Shown here piece after piece: positions 1-9,500 of a stretch of 64,000 nt of DNA. Positions within the stretch are counted from its first letter, which is position 1; each line of letters starts with the position of its first letter. The DNA comes from Candidatus Saccharimonadota bacterium (GTDB lineage: Bacteria > Patescibacteriota > Saccharimonadia > Saccharimonadales > JACDBH01): assembly GCA_028289135.1 (NCBI GenBank), contig JAQGGW010000002.1:36255-100254 (forward strand), given 5' to 3'. The notes below the pieces were generated by a model, which did no database searches, had not been told where the DNA came from, and saw nothing but the letters and a program-made list of their open reading frames with translations. Made by a program: the position numbers and the translations under genes.

Positions 1-1197
1 CAGCTAATTTTTAGAATTTTTGAACCAGCGGGCTACAGCTATCACAGTTCGCTGATCATGCTTGGCTGGCTCGTATTTATCTATCCGTTTATGCAGTTTA
101 TCGCGACGCCTATTTTGGGGCAGCTCAGCGACCGCTACGGCCGCAAGCCAATTTTGGCTTTTAGTTTGTTTGGGACCGCCGTTGGATATGTATTGTTTGC
201 AATCGCGATTATTACCAAAAATATTCCGTTGCTCTTTTTTGCCCGCGCCCTAGACGGCATTACCGGCGGTAACATTAGTGTTGCCCGCGCCGTTATTGCC
301 GATGTTAGCCCGCCAGAACACCGTACAAAAAACTTTGCCAAAATTGGTGCAGCCTTCGGCGCAGGCTTTGTTTTCGGTCCATATATTGGCGCCCGTCTTG
401 CGAGCCCTGGTGTAAGCTTTTTTGGCTTGTTTAACACGCCGCATTGGTTTAGCCCGGCAGTTCCGTTTTGGTTTGCTGCCATTTTAAGCGCCATTAACGC
501 CTACCTTGTAATTACTATCTTGCCAGAAACCCACCAGCACATTAACGACAAACTTCGCCTTACCTGGAACAAGTCACTCGATAACATCAAGCGTGCGGCC
601 CTTCACCCAGCCCTTAGGATAATCCTTAGCGCGGAGTTCGCGTTTTGGGGCGGCTTTACGTTCTTTACGTCATTCTTCCAAATTTTGCTTATCCAAAAAC
701 TTGGATTTAAGGTCAATAACGTTGGCGACTATTACGCCTACATTGGTATCTGGGTTGTTTTGGCGCAGGCGATCATTACGCCGTTTATTGCTAAAAAGGT
801 GAAAAATGCTAATGTCCTGCGCTTTAGTTTGCTTGGAAATGGTATTACATTGTTCGCGCTTATTCTGCCGCACAACACCGCCCAGCTTTTGCTCGTCACG
901 CCTTTCTTCGCTATATTTAACGGCTTGACGATTGCCAATCTTTCGACCTTGGTGAGCTTGAATGCCGATAAAAAGATCCAGGGTGAAGTGCTCGGGATTG
1001 AAGCAAGTGTGCAGGCATTGGCGCAGTCCATCCCAGCCGCAATTGCCGGCTATATAGCGGTACTTGGTGTGAACATTCCAGTAATTGTTGGCGGCAGCGT
1101 GGTAGTTTTTGGCGGACTGATATTCAACATTTTCTACCATCAGCCAAAAGGTTCAATGCACGACAGCGATGCGGCACCTCTTGGCGCTGGCCATTAG
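1..1197 (+). CDS. MFS transporter, TetA/DHA1-like (5' end outside window)
   Basis: Frame is open from base 1. MFS motif A (GQLSDRYGRKP), motif C-like GAAFGAGFVFGPYIG and many TM helices. Confidence 0.9.
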   Translation, partial: QLIFRIFEPAGYSYHSSLIMLGWLVFIYPFMQFIATPILGQLSDRYGRKPILAFSLFGTAVGYVLFAIAIITKNIPLLFFARALDGITGGNISVARAVIADVSPPEHRTKNFAKIGAAFGAGFVFGPYIGARLASPGVSFFGLFNTPHWFSPAVPFWFAAILSAINAYLVITILPETHQHINDKLRLTWNKSLDNIKRAALHPALRIILSAEFAFWGGFTFFTSFFQILLIQKLGFKVNNVGDYYAYIGIWVVLAQAIITPFIAKKVKNANVLRFSLLGNGITLFALILPHNTAQLLLVTPFFAIFNGLTIANLSTLVSLNADKKIQGEVLGIEASVQALAQSIPAAIAGYIAVLGVNIPVIVGGSVVVFGGLIFNIFYHQPKGSMHDSDAAPLGAGH

Positions 1198-1243
1198 GTC
1201 TACCCTTAAGCTTATGTTTTAGATAGTAGATTATTGACATAAG

Positions 1244-1252
1244 TGGTATAAT
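1244..1252 (+). promoter_or_regulatory. Extended -10 promoter of ssrA
   Basis: TGGTATAAT about 40 nt upstream of the mature tmRNA 5' end. A small hairpin (1261-1286) lies in the precursor leader. Confidence 0.6.
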
Positions 1253-1293
1253 ATAGGTCACTCATCTGTTAAATATAATGGATGAGCGCATAT

Positions 1294-1689
1294 GGGACTG
1301 TTTTTTGACAGTTGGATTTACAAGTTGGACCGTGCAGGTCGCTTGCTCAGCGTTATAGGGCAAAACTGAATAAATGCAAAAAACATTTCTTCTCGCGTAT
1401 CTGAATTTAGCGCAGCTTTTGCAGCTTCGTTTAACTCTCAGTTCGCACTAGCAGCTTAATTTATTTTCGCTGCGGCCACTCGTTTGACGTCAGATAAAAC
1501 GTTTTTGGTCTTATATCATCTGGTCGCCTACATGCCTTTACCCTAAGTATGTACTAAGACTTTGGGTCGCTGTATTACGTCATTTTGGTTATTTCGAGAC
1601 GAAATACCTAAGATTTTAAAATAGCCTAAACCTGTAGATCGCCGACGAGTAACTGATTGGACGCGGGCTCAACCCCGCCAGTTCCACCA
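1294..1689 (+). ncRNA. ssrA: tmRNA
   Basis: 5' GGGACTG pairs with 3' CAGTTCC-A-CCA, giving an Ala acceptor stem with G3.U70. T-arm is GCGGG/CCCGC. Internal tag ORF ends in FALAA-stop. Confidence 0.95.
1376..1459 (+). other. tmRNA tag reading frame AKNISSRVSEFSAAFAASFNSQFALAA*
   Basis: Resume codon GCA follows an A-rich ATAAAT. There are 27 codons ending in the typical ALAA degron and TAA. Confidence 0.85.
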
Positions 1690-1722
1690 AAAAAGCTTGA
1701 ACTTTACTGTTCGAGCTTTTTT
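1689..1722 (+). terminator. Intrinsic (bidirectional) terminator after ssrA
   Basis: AAAAAA-GCTTGAAC-TTTACT-GTTCGAGC-TTTTTT. Confidence 0.85.
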
Positions 1723-1771
1723 ATTACCGTTGTATTTATAAGGCATTTAGCTTACGCTTAATCCTATAAAG

Positions 1772-2338
1772 ATGGAAAATAAGAGGATGGCAAAAATACA
1801 AAAGAATCAATCAGGCTTCAGCGTTGTTGAGCTGTTATTGGCACTTATTTTTGTAGCAATTATAGCGTTTATAGGTGTATATGTTGCGCACAACCATAGA
1901 AGCAAAACCGCTAGCACTACTACAGCGTCTTCAGTAACAATTAAAAAGACGCCGGTGAGTACTGCTACGACCTCGCCAGTAACTACAGCAACTCCAACCC
2001 CAACTCAGGGCTACCTAACGGTTACACAATGGGGTATCAAGCTTCCGGTATCGGGCGCACTAGCGAATGCACAGTACACAGACGTAAGTAGTGCTTATAG
2101 CTCTACTTATCCTACTATGGAGGTCACTGTTTCTGACGCATTGGCGACTGACACGTGTAAAGGCGGCATAGTTGGCTGGATTACGCGCGTTCCTGATAGT
2201 GTTCAAGGTGCAACGGAGGTTTATTATTCTCATATCGGAACGTATAACTATATATATGAACGAGGGCAAGACTGCACGGCATCATCTAGCTTAATAGACC
2301 AGTTCAAACAAGCTGTTGCTACAATGGTTGCGATCTAA
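1772..2338 (+). CDS. Type IV pilin-like protein
   Basis: Prepilin motif QSG|FSVVELLLAL (Glu at +5), hydrophobic helix, Thr/Pro linker and C-terminal Cys pair. Confidence 0.75.
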   Translation: MENKRMAKIQKNQSGFSVVELLLALIFVAIIAFIGVYVAHNHRSKTASTTTASSVTIKKTPVSTATTSPVTTATPTPTQGYLTVTQWGIKLPVSGALANAQYTDVSSAYSSTYPTMEVTVSDALATDTCKGGIVGWITRVPDSVQGATEVYYSHIGTYNYIYERGQDCTASSSLIDQFKQAVATMVAI

Positions 2339-2537
2339 CAATCATCGTAGGGCAAATCTCATTGACTACTTTATCTAAAATTAAGTTGAACTTTTTAAGG
2401 TATTCACTAGTATGTCCCTGCTGTTCAGTTGATTAGACTAGCCCAGTTACTACGGCATAGGATGGTGTCCAAATCCTTATAGAGGATATTAAACTAAGTT
2501 AGCTTCGGAGCTGTCTTTTATTTGCTATCATTGTTTT

Positions 2538-3374
2538 ATGAAAGAAGCGCTTATATCTGTCGTTACTCCCACGTACAACCGTGCTCATACTATTTTGAAT
2601 GCCATCAAAACAGTACAGGCGCAGACTTATAAAAACTGGGAAATGATTATAGTTGATGATGGTTCAACTGATAATACCGAAGAAGTAATAAAAAGTCTTA
2701 ACGATCCAAGCATTCGTTATTATAAAAAACAAAACGGTGGTCCAAGCCGCGCACGCAACTATGGCGTTGAACATGCAAAGGGTGAGTGGATTATGTACTT
2801 GGACAGCGATGACGAACTGCTTCCAGAATGCATGAGCATCAGCATGGAGTGGCTAAACAAATACCCGCAGGCAGTTTTTGCGTTTCCGCGCTCAACCAGA
2901 ACTTTGGAGTTATACGAAAACGGCAAGCTGACAAAAGTAGTAGATGATTCTGGCGACACTCCTGAAAAATTTACGATCCAAGACATTTTTAACCGCAATG
3001 CTGGATTTTCACCAAACGGCTTTATGCACCTGAGACGGCTGTTTGAGGAAGGAATAAAATGGGACGACGACCTAGCGTGCATGGAAGATTGGGAACTTAT
3101 GATGAGCATTGGTGAAAAGAACCCAGAAGGCTTTTTGTATGTGCCGGTAGTCTTGCAAAAATATACACAGCGCTACGGTAGTGATAATCTGGTTTCACAG
3201 GCAAACTACGGAACTTGGGCGGATGGCTTTGAGTATATTTATAACAAACATAAAAATGACAAAATGCTAAAAGGCCAGACTTGGTATCCTGAAAAAGTTA
3301 ATAAGTGGCGGCAGCGGCAAAAAGAGTTCGAGGCCGGAACTCGGCCAGCTTATAAATATCACCCTTTTCAGTAA
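2538..3374 (+). CDS. Glycosyltransferase family 2
   Basis: SVVTPTYN, IIVDDGSTD, NGGPSRARNYG, YLDSDD and EDWE motifs. Confidence 0.92.
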   Translation: MKEALISVVTPTYNRAHTILNAIKTVQAQTYKNWEMIIVDDGSTDNTEEVIKSLNDPSIRYYKKQNGGPSRARNYGVEHAKGEWIMYLDSDDELLPECMSISMEWLNKYPQAVFAFPRSTRTLELYENGKLTKVVDDSGDTPEKFTIQDIFNRNAGFSPNGFMHLRRLFEEGIKWDDDLACMEDWELMMSIGEKNPEGFLYVPVVLQKYTQRYGSDNLVSQANYGTWADGFEYIYNKHKNDKMLKGQTWYPEKVNKWRQRQKEFEAGTRPAYKYHPFQ

Positions 3375-3375
3375 T

Positions 3376-4641
3376 TTAGCGGGTATTTTTTAGATTTAAT
3401 GATTTACGTAAATACACTAATGCTGCGGCTACGGAGAAAAGCGTAAAAAAGTGCAGGCGGACGAACTGGTCCAGATAAACCAAATTACAAAAGGCCGCAA
3501 AAATAACTACAACTTTTAAACCGTAGTTTCTATACATCAAAAGCAGCGCTGGCAGCAGGAGCAGAACAACTATCACGTCCTGGGCATACAAATGCGGATC
3601 TATTGCCAGGCTGACAAGCAGGGCTGCGCAAAACATTTGAGCCTGTTGTGCCAGGGTCCACTTTTTGCCAAGCTTCCAAGCTACCCTTAAAAGCCAGGCA
3701 ACCAGCGTAATCGATGTTAGGACAAACAGAGCGTTAACCAGTCCTGTATGGTTTTGCCCAACGATTGATTCATAAAAGCCGTTAAGCCCAGATGATGTAT
3801 TCAGTGACCCGCGCCAATCCAATCTGGCGGATGTGTTCATGTTAATAAAATGGTTGGACGTCGTTTTGGCCAGGAACCTTATGTACTTAAAATAAATCCC
3901 AACACCAGTTACGGGCAGCGTAATAGTCAAAACAGCTAATGTCGAAAGCGCCCAGCCTTTTAGCATTTTCCATTCGCGTTTTACTACAAGGCCGATTAAC
4001 GCGAAAACGCCAAACTGCGGGAGAATCCAAAGCGTCACAAGACTTGCCCCGCTGTAGATCTTTTTATTTTGTTTAAAGAATAGGTACGAACCGGCCGCGC
4101 CAAGCAGAACCAAAATCGACACCTGCCCCTCTATAAATGTTTGAAAAAGCGGAAAGGTAAAAAGCAGCAGCGCAACGGCTAGGAGCCTTTGCTTTTGGGG
4201 CAGAGCCTTTGTTAGTTTGCAAAGTATTAACACAGCAAGGACCAGGCTTATGGCAAGCCACAATAACCGGGCGGCCGTGATGTTAAGAAGTGCCAAAGGG
4301 GCCAAGAAAACAGCCATAAACGGTGGGTTCAAAAAAGGCATATAGCCAGTAGCGCCAATTGGGTGAGGTATGATTTGGCGCTGCATCGCGGTAAAACTCG
4401 CGGAGTCGTACAAATGAGCAACGTTATGATCAAGAACGGTTTTGCCGGCGCTGTAAAAGGCCAAAAAGTCGTAGTGGGTGCCGTGGTAGCCGTAGTTTTT
4501 GGTGGTAAGTTCGCGGATCAAACTTATTAAGAAAAATACACTGCAGGCAACAATCAATCCGCCAAGAAGATATAAAACCGGACGGCTAAAAAATAGCAGT
4601 TTTAGTTTTTTAACAATATTTTTAAGCGGATTGTGCTGCAT
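3376..4641 (-). CDS. GT-C fold membrane glycosyltransferase (GT87/DUF2029-like)
   Basis: DFLAFYSAG, PFLNPP, GQVS and PHLYAQD motifs with about 11 TM helices. Confidence 0.8.
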   Translation of the reverse strand: MQHNPLKNIVKKLKLLFFSRPVLYLLGGLIVACSVFFLISLIRELTTKNYGYHGTHYDFLAFYSAGKTVLDHNVAHLYDSASFTAMQRQIIPHPIGATGYMPFLNPPFMAVFLAPLALLNITAARLLWLAISLVLAVLILCKLTKALPQKQRLLAVALLLFTFPLFQTFIEGQVSILVLLGAAGSYLFFKQNKKIYSGASLVTLWILPQFGVFALIGLVVKREWKMLKGWALSTLAVLTITLPVTGVGIYFKYIRFLAKTTSNHFINMNTSARLDWRGSLNTSSGLNGFYESIVGQNHTGLVNALFVLTSITLVAWLLRVAWKLGKKWTLAQQAQMFCAALLVSLAIDPHLYAQDVIVVLLLLPALLLMYRNYGLKVVVIFAAFCNLVYLDQFVRLHFFTLFSVAAALVYLRKSLNLKNTR

Positions 4642-4705
4642 ATACCAAAACAGTATATACGAGCGTCCATGAGTTAGTGCACAAATGTTCTGCTATGATT
4701 ATCTT

Positions 4706-5335
4706 ATGAATACCTCGAAAAAGCTGGAACTAGGTGCATGGGGATTGACGGTGGTGGCGGTTCTGCTGGCATTTTTGGCTTGGGGCCAGGGGCAAAAGTG
4801 GCATATTTTTAACTTGTCCAGCTATAACCTTTTTCCCATCTTTGGGCTGACGGCTTTTAGTATTATGTGGGCGCATTATATTGTGGCGGCGCTACGGACG
4901 CGGCTTAAGGCAGACAAAGAAGTCACTAAAAGTTATTTTGAGCTGACGAGCCTGGTTGTGCTGGGCTGCATATTGCTGCACCCTGGAATTTTGATCGTCC
5001 AGCTGTTCCGTGATGGCGCTGGCTTGCCGCCGGAGAGTTATTTGCATTATGTCCAGCCGGGCCTAAAGTGGGCGGTCCTGCTGGGTTCCTTAAGCCTCAC
5101 GGTTTTTATTGGTTATGAGTTTTACCGGATTTACGATAAAAAACCTTGGTGGAAATATGTCCAGTACGCGTCCGATGTAGCGATGTTTTTGATAGTAATC
5201 CACGCCTTGGCGCTTGGCGACCAGCTTGGCCCAGGATGGTATAGGATTGTGTGGGTATTTTATGCGGCAAGTCTGCTTGCGGCGGTAAAGTATATGTATA
5301 GTAAAAAACTAAAAAATTTGCTTAAAAAAACGTAA
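4706..5335 (+). CDS. Ferric-reductase-like transmembrane (heme b) protein
   Basis: About six TM helices with His in WAHY, LLHP and IHAL. Start moved to the ATG 6 nt after TGCTATGAT. Confidence 0.55.
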   Translation: MNTSKKLELGAWGLTVVAVLLAFLAWGQGQKWHIFNLSSYNLFPIFGLTAFSIMWAHYIVAALRTRLKADKEVTKSYFELTSLVVLGCILLHPGILIVQLFRDGAGLPPESYLHYVQPGLKWAVLLGSLSLTVFIGYEFYRIYDKKPWWKYVQYASDVAMFLIVIHALALGDQLGPGWYRIVWVFYAASLLAAVKYMYSKKLKNLLKKT

Positions 5336-5603
5336 GCAATGTGAGTTTCCTTACAGCTTTGTCCCAGCAGTCCGTATTATTATCTAATCACCAACTTACG
5401 TAGTAGGTTGGAACTTATCCTAACATAGGCAGCTATCGACGTTTTTGGCACTGTGGTTTAAATATTTTACCCAGTTTTCGTAAGCCAATAAAACATCTAG
5501 CTGCTTTTCTGATTCCCCACAAAGCAGGCTTTGCGGGGACCCCGGGTGAAAGTTTGTTTATTTCTAATGTTTTTAAGGACGGTTACAGTCTCTTTCGTTT
5601 CGG

Positions 5604-5635
5604 CAAAAAGACCGGGATGAACCCGGATCTTTTTG
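5604..5635 (-). terminator. Intrinsic terminator of the 5667-5909 gene
   Basis: CAAAAAGA-CCGGG-ATGAA-CCCGG-ATCTTTTTG inverted repeat. Confidence 0.65.
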
Positions 5636-5666
5636 GTAGACCATCTAGGAAATTGCTTTAAGGGGT

Positions 5667-5909
5667 TTATTTCTTTTTGGCTTCGATGTCTTGTTTTACT
5701 TCTACGCGGGCGGCTTGCCAGGCGGACCAATGTCCTGAAACTAGCGCCCAGAGGGACAAAGCCGAAACGTAGGTGACGCTGCTCAGCCAATGAAGGCTAA
5801 ATGAAACAGGGATCATACAGATCCAAAACACCGTGAACCAGCCGTTTACCTTACGCATAAATATCGGGTCGCCCTGCACCATTGCCCACAGCGATTTAAC
5901 TCCATTCAT
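5667..5909 (-). CDS. Small membrane protein
   Basis: 80 aa, two hydrophobic segments, AGAGGAG SD upstream. Confidence 0.7.
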   Translation of the reverse strand: MNGVKSLWAMVQGDPIFMRKVNGWFTVFWICMIPVSFSLHWLSSVTYVSALSLWALVSGHWSAWQAARVEVKQDIEAKKK

Positions 5910-5986
5910 AAAAACTCCTCTTTAAATTCAGATTGATTTTAACATTTAGTTAGCCACTACTCTAGCGATTTTGTTATAGTAATTGT

Positions 5987-6559
5987 ATGGATGAAACAAC
6001 GAGCACACAGAAATTATTTATTTTAGTTTTGGCGGGAACAACGCGGGTGCAGCGCAAGTCTTTTAAGGCCGCGCAGTTTGTGGCCGAAATTGGCAAGACA
6101 TATGATGAGCTTGAAATTGAGCTGGTTGACCCTGGGAGCTTTAACTTTCCGGGGGATGGCAATGACCTAGAGGGTAAGGATCCAAAATACACGGCGCTTA
6201 CAGAACGGGCAGATGGATTTTTTATAGTGACCCCAGAATATAACCATAGTTTTCCAGGGAGCCTAAAGCGGATGCTGGATAGCGAGCTAGAGAACTACAT
6301 TCACAAACCGGTGGCGATTGCAGGAGCAAGCAGTGGCGGTTGGGGCGGTGTGCGGGCAGTTGAATCTTTGGTGCCGAGCGTTCGCGAAATGGGGCTGATC
6401 GTAACATTTACCAGTACCTACTTCCCAAGGGTACAGGACGCTTTTGACGAAAACGGCAAACCAGTTGACGAACGGACCGAAGCCGGAGTACGCAAAGCTT
6501 TTGAGGAATTAATCTGGATGACTAAAACGCTTAAATATGGACGTGATAATTTGAAATAA
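5987..6559 (+). CDS. NADPH-dependent FMN reductase (flavodoxin-like)
   Basis: LAGTTR, VTPEYNHSFPGSLK, KPVAIAG and GWGGVRA motifs. Confidence 0.9.
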   Translation: MDETTSTQKLFILVLAGTTRVQRKSFKAAQFVAEIGKTYDELEIELVDPGSFNFPGDGNDLEGKDPKYTALTERADGFFIVTPEYNHSFPGSLKRMLDSELENYIHKPVAIAGASSGGWGGVRAVESLVPSVREMGLIVTFTSTYFPRVQDAFDENGKPVDERTEAGVRKAFEELIWMTKTLKYGRDNLK

Positions 6560-6608
6560 ACGGCCTGGCAGTGCATACTTAAGACCTATAGAAGCATAAG
6601 GAGTTTAT

Positions 6609-6668
6609 ATGAGCGGAAAAGACAAAGGACGAAAAGAAGTCAAAAAGCCTAAGAAGGCAAAAATTTAA
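6609..6668 (+). CDS. 19-aa Lys-rich small protein MSGKDKGRKEVKKPKKAKI
   Basis: AAGGAG SD 5 nt upstream of ATG, with its own terminator directly downstream. Not in the ORF track. Confidence 0.6.
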   Translation: MSGKDKGRKEVKKPKKAKI

Positions 6669-6673
6669 TAACT

Positions 6674-6699
6674 AAAAGAGACCCACTAGGGTCTCTTTT
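6674..6699. terminator. Bidirectional intrinsic terminator
   Basis: AAAAGAGACCC-ACTA-GGGTCTCTTTT between convergent genes. Confidence 0.85.
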
Positions 6700-6707
6700 A
6701 ATAGTGG

Positions 6708-6956
6708 CTACAAATTTAAAGCTTGTTTAAATTCCTTGATATCATATCCGGCAATCTTAACTTGTTTGCCATCGTCCATCTCGATGACTGTAAACGGCAC
6801 GCCGATAGCGCCGTCGCTAACGTCCAGCAATGTTTGCATGCCGCCTGGTTCTTCGTCGACCACGTGGTGGTCGTAGGCAATGTTTTGTTTGTCGAACCAC
6901 TGCATTAGGCCTTTGCACGTAGTGCAGGTAGTAGTCGAATAAATTGTTACGTTCAT
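6708..6956 (-). CDS. Glutaredoxin/NrdH-like redoxin
   Basis: IYSTTTCTTC CxxC, GVPF cis-Pro motif, AAGGAG SD. Confidence 0.85.
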   Translation of the reverse strand: MNVTIYSTTTCTTCKGLMQWFDKQNIAYDHHVVDEEPGGMQTLLDVSDGAIGVPFTVIEMDDGKQVKIAGYDIKEFKQALNL

Positions 6957-6971
6957 ATTTTTCTCCTTTAA

Positions 6972-8675
6972 TTAGCTTCCAAAAGTGAATGCATTTAGAC
7001 TAACTCCGTTAGGAACAGTAAGAGTTACAGTGCCGCCGGTAAATCCAGGGTGCGTAACAATCCTGTAAAGCCGCGAAGTGCTGACGGTGAAGGCGCTGTC
7101 AACAATATCCTCACCAGGGCTGTCGGTGGTGCTGACTGGTTTTCCGTCCAGCATAACGCCAACCTTTTGCGGCGTGTCGGATCCGGCCACCAAATAAACT
7201 TCCTTAGCATTCGTAACAATTGTCAGTGTGCTGTTGCCGCGAGCCGTAATGTTTAGATTTGCAACATCCCACGTGCCGCCCAGTGTCCAGCCGTTGGCCG
7301 GCAGTTTGGCCTGAGGCGTAAATGTGGAAGTAGGGGCGTCGCCTAGGTAAGGCGTGCCGTAATAGTTGCTAGCGCGCTGGATGCCCAAATAAGTTTCGGG
7401 GGTTTGCTGCGCGGTAATCGGCACGTAGACTTCACCGCTTACCGTTGGAGCGGCCGAAATCGTCGCGCCTTTTTCTTTGAGTAGCGCACGTATTGCTTCT
7501 TCGGATTTTTGATAGTCGCCTTCGCCAAATTCGGTGCGGCGGACTTTGCCGTTGGCGTCAATCAGATATCCGGCTGGCCAATACTGGTTGTTGTAGGCAT
7601 TCCAGGTGTCTAAGTCGTTGTCGAGCGCAACCGGGTAGGTAATTTTTTGATCCTTAACGCCCTGTTTTACATTGGCTAATACTTTTTCAAAAGAGAATTC
7701 TGGCGCGTGTACGCCTACGATCACGAAGCCCTGGTCTTTGTAGGTCTCATACCATTTTTCAAGATATGGGTTGTTGCGGATACAGTTGATGCAGCTATAG
7801 GTCCAAAAGTCGACCAAAACCACCTTGCCCTTAAGCTGCTGCATGGTTAGCGGGTCGCTGTTTATCCAGGCATTAATTCCCTTAAAATCAGGTGCGTCAT
7901 AAGGAGTTTTAACATTTAGGTTATCGTCGGTTGTCTCGTGCTTTTCTTTGCCCGGAATTAATTTGGCGCTGAGTTTGTCGAAGTTAAATGGCGTGTGGGC
8001 CGATACATATGTCTGGACTTTTTTGTCATAGCCCGTAAATATCAAAAGCCCGACGATAATAAACAAAATCGCCACGACGCGCTGGAACCAGCCTTTTGGA
8101 TTGCTTGCAAACTTAATTTTGCCGACCACACGCTGGCCATAATAACCAATGCCGAGCAGGATAATGCTCAGGCCCAAAACATAGGCAATGATGTAGCTGA
8201 AGGCCAGGGCAAAGCCAGCCGGCAAAACGGTTGCTAAAATATAGGCATAAACGGGGCTGCAAGAACTAAAGACCGGGCCGAGCGCCGCGCCGGTAATAAT
8301 CGGCCCAACGACGCTGTTTTTATTCTTAAAGCCTTGGCCCAAAAGTTTTTGGCTGCGCTTTTCAAAACCAATACGCGCCATTACCTTGGCGTAATACAGC
8401 GGGAACAGCGTAAGAATGCCGAGCAAAATAATAACCGTGCCAGAAAAATAAGTAATCGCGTGCGGCGGAATGTTAATAAGAAGGGTCGTAACTTTAAGCA
8501 AAAGTGTGAACAAAATTAAAGAAACGGCCAACGAACCGGCAATAATAAATGGGCGTCGTTTGTCCTCGGTGTCGCCGCTTACTGAACCGCCAATGATAAT
8601 GGGCAGCAGCGGCAAAACGCACGGCGCGACGACCGTCAAAAGTCCCGCGATGAAAGCTCCGAAAAGTAATAACAT
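6972..8675 (-). CDS. dipZ: DipZ (CcdA/DsbD membrane domain + thioredoxin + C-terminal beta domain)
   Basis: APCVLP and SSCSP TM cysteines; DFWTYSCINC; GVHAPEF; NQYWP; TPETYLG; ends in FTFG. Confidence 0.9.
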   Translation of the reverse strand: MLLLFGAFIAGLLTVVAPCVLPLLPIIIGGSVSGDTEDKRRPFIIAGSLAVSLILFTLLLKVTTLLINIPPHAITYFSGTVIILLGILTLFPLYYAKVMARIGFEKRSQKLLGQGFKNKNSVVGPIITGAALGPVFSSCSPVYAYILATVLPAGFALAFSYIIAYVLGLSIILLGIGYYGQRVVGKIKFASNPKGWFQRVVAILFIIVGLLIFTGYDKKVQTYVSAHTPFNFDKLSAKLIPGKEKHETTDDNLNVKTPYDAPDFKGINAWINSDPLTMQQLKGKVVLVDFWTYSCINCIRNNPYLEKWYETYKDQGFVIVGVHAPEFSFEKVLANVKQGVKDQKITYPVALDNDLDTWNAYNNQYWPAGYLIDANGKVRRTEFGEGDYQKSEEAIRALLKEKGATISAAPTVSGEVYVPITAQQTPETYLGIQRASNYYGTPYLGDAPTSTFTPQAKLPANGWTLGGTWDVANLNITARGNSTLTIVTNAKEVYLVAGSDTPQKVGVMLDGKPVSTTDSPGEDIVDSAFTVSTSRLYRIVTHPGFTGGTVTLTVPNGVSLNAFTFGS

Positions 8676-8779
8676 AATTCCTTAAGTCCTTTTGCTTATA
8701 TTCTAAATATAAGTGTACATCGTTTTAGTGAGGCACGGGCAGGCCGATCAACGACCAACCTGCCCGTGTGCGGTTTCTG

Positions 8780-9415
8780 CTAGCTGGCTGGAGAAAAAAC
8801 GGTATCTATCACGTGCGTCACACCGTTGCTAGAAATGATGTCAGCAGTCTGGATGCCGACTTCAACGCCTTTAGCGTCTTTCATTTTTAGCTCGTTGTTT
8901 ACAACAACAGGTGTCAGCATTTCGCCTTCAACAGTTGTTAAGCTTTCGCCCTTAGATGCCATTACACGAAGGTCGGCGGAAGTATAAGTTCCGGCTACAA
9001 CGTGGTAGGAAAGGATCTTCTTAAGGGTAGGGAGGTTTTCGGTCTTAAGCAACGTGTCTACAGTTCCTGCGGGCAATTTGGCAAAAGCGTCGTTGTTTGG
9101 CGCAAAGACCGTGAATGGGCCAGGGCTCTTTAGTGTATCAACCAGGCCGGCAGCTTTTACAGCCGCAACCACAGTTGTTACGTTGCTTGCGTGCACAGCG
9201 TTGTCGACAATGTCGAGGCTGCTGACCATCTTGGCGCCGCCAACGGTAACGCCATCTTTGGCGTCTGATGTTGTCATGGCTGTTGATGAGGCACTTTTGG
9301 TGTCTGACTTCATGCCGTGGCCAATAGCGTAGCCGCCGCCCATGCCAATAATTAATGCTGCAATTGCAATAACTGCACCCATCATTGGCTTATTAGTATT
9401 ATTTGTTGGTTCCAT
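8780..9415 (-). CDS. Membrane-anchored fasciclin (FAS1) protein, MPT70/MPT83-like
   Basis: GPFTVFAPNNDAF, ILSYHVV and SNGVTHVIDTV FAS1 motifs, plus an N-terminal TM. Confidence 0.92.
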   Translation of the reverse strand: MEPTNNTNKPMMGAVIAIAALIIGMGGGYAIGHGMKSDTKSASSTAMTTSDAKDGVTVGGAKMVSSLDIVDNAVHASNVTTVVAAVKAAGLVDTLKSPGPFTVFAPNNDAFAKLPAGTVDTLLKTENLPTLKKILSYHVVAGTYTSADLRVMASKGESLTTVEGEMLTPVVVNNELKMKDAKGVEVGIQTADIISSNGVTHVIDTVFSPAS

Positions 9416-9457
9416 AATGGATCCTCCTGATTTATTAATGATAATTATACTATTTAC

Positions 9458-9475
9458 TTTACTTTACAAAGTAAA
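9458..9475. promoter_or_regulatory. Candidate MarR operator
   Basis: Perfect palindrome TTTACTTT-AC-AAAGTAAA between the divergent fasciclin and MarR genes. Confidence 0.55.
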
Positions 9476-9500
9476 CTATAAGGTATAGTATACTGGGTAT

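Noticed and set aside
1234..1239. TTGACA as the -35 of the ssrA promoter
   Set aside because: It lies only 7 nt from TATAAT, which is incompatible with sigma70 spacing.
2345..2400. c-di-GMP-I riboswitch (GGGCAAA...)
   Set aside because: Lacks the GAAA tetraloop stem and the GACGCAAAG segment.
1660..2540. Genomic island integrated at the ssrA 3' end
   Set aside because: No integrase and no duplicate of the tmRNA 3' end were found in the window.
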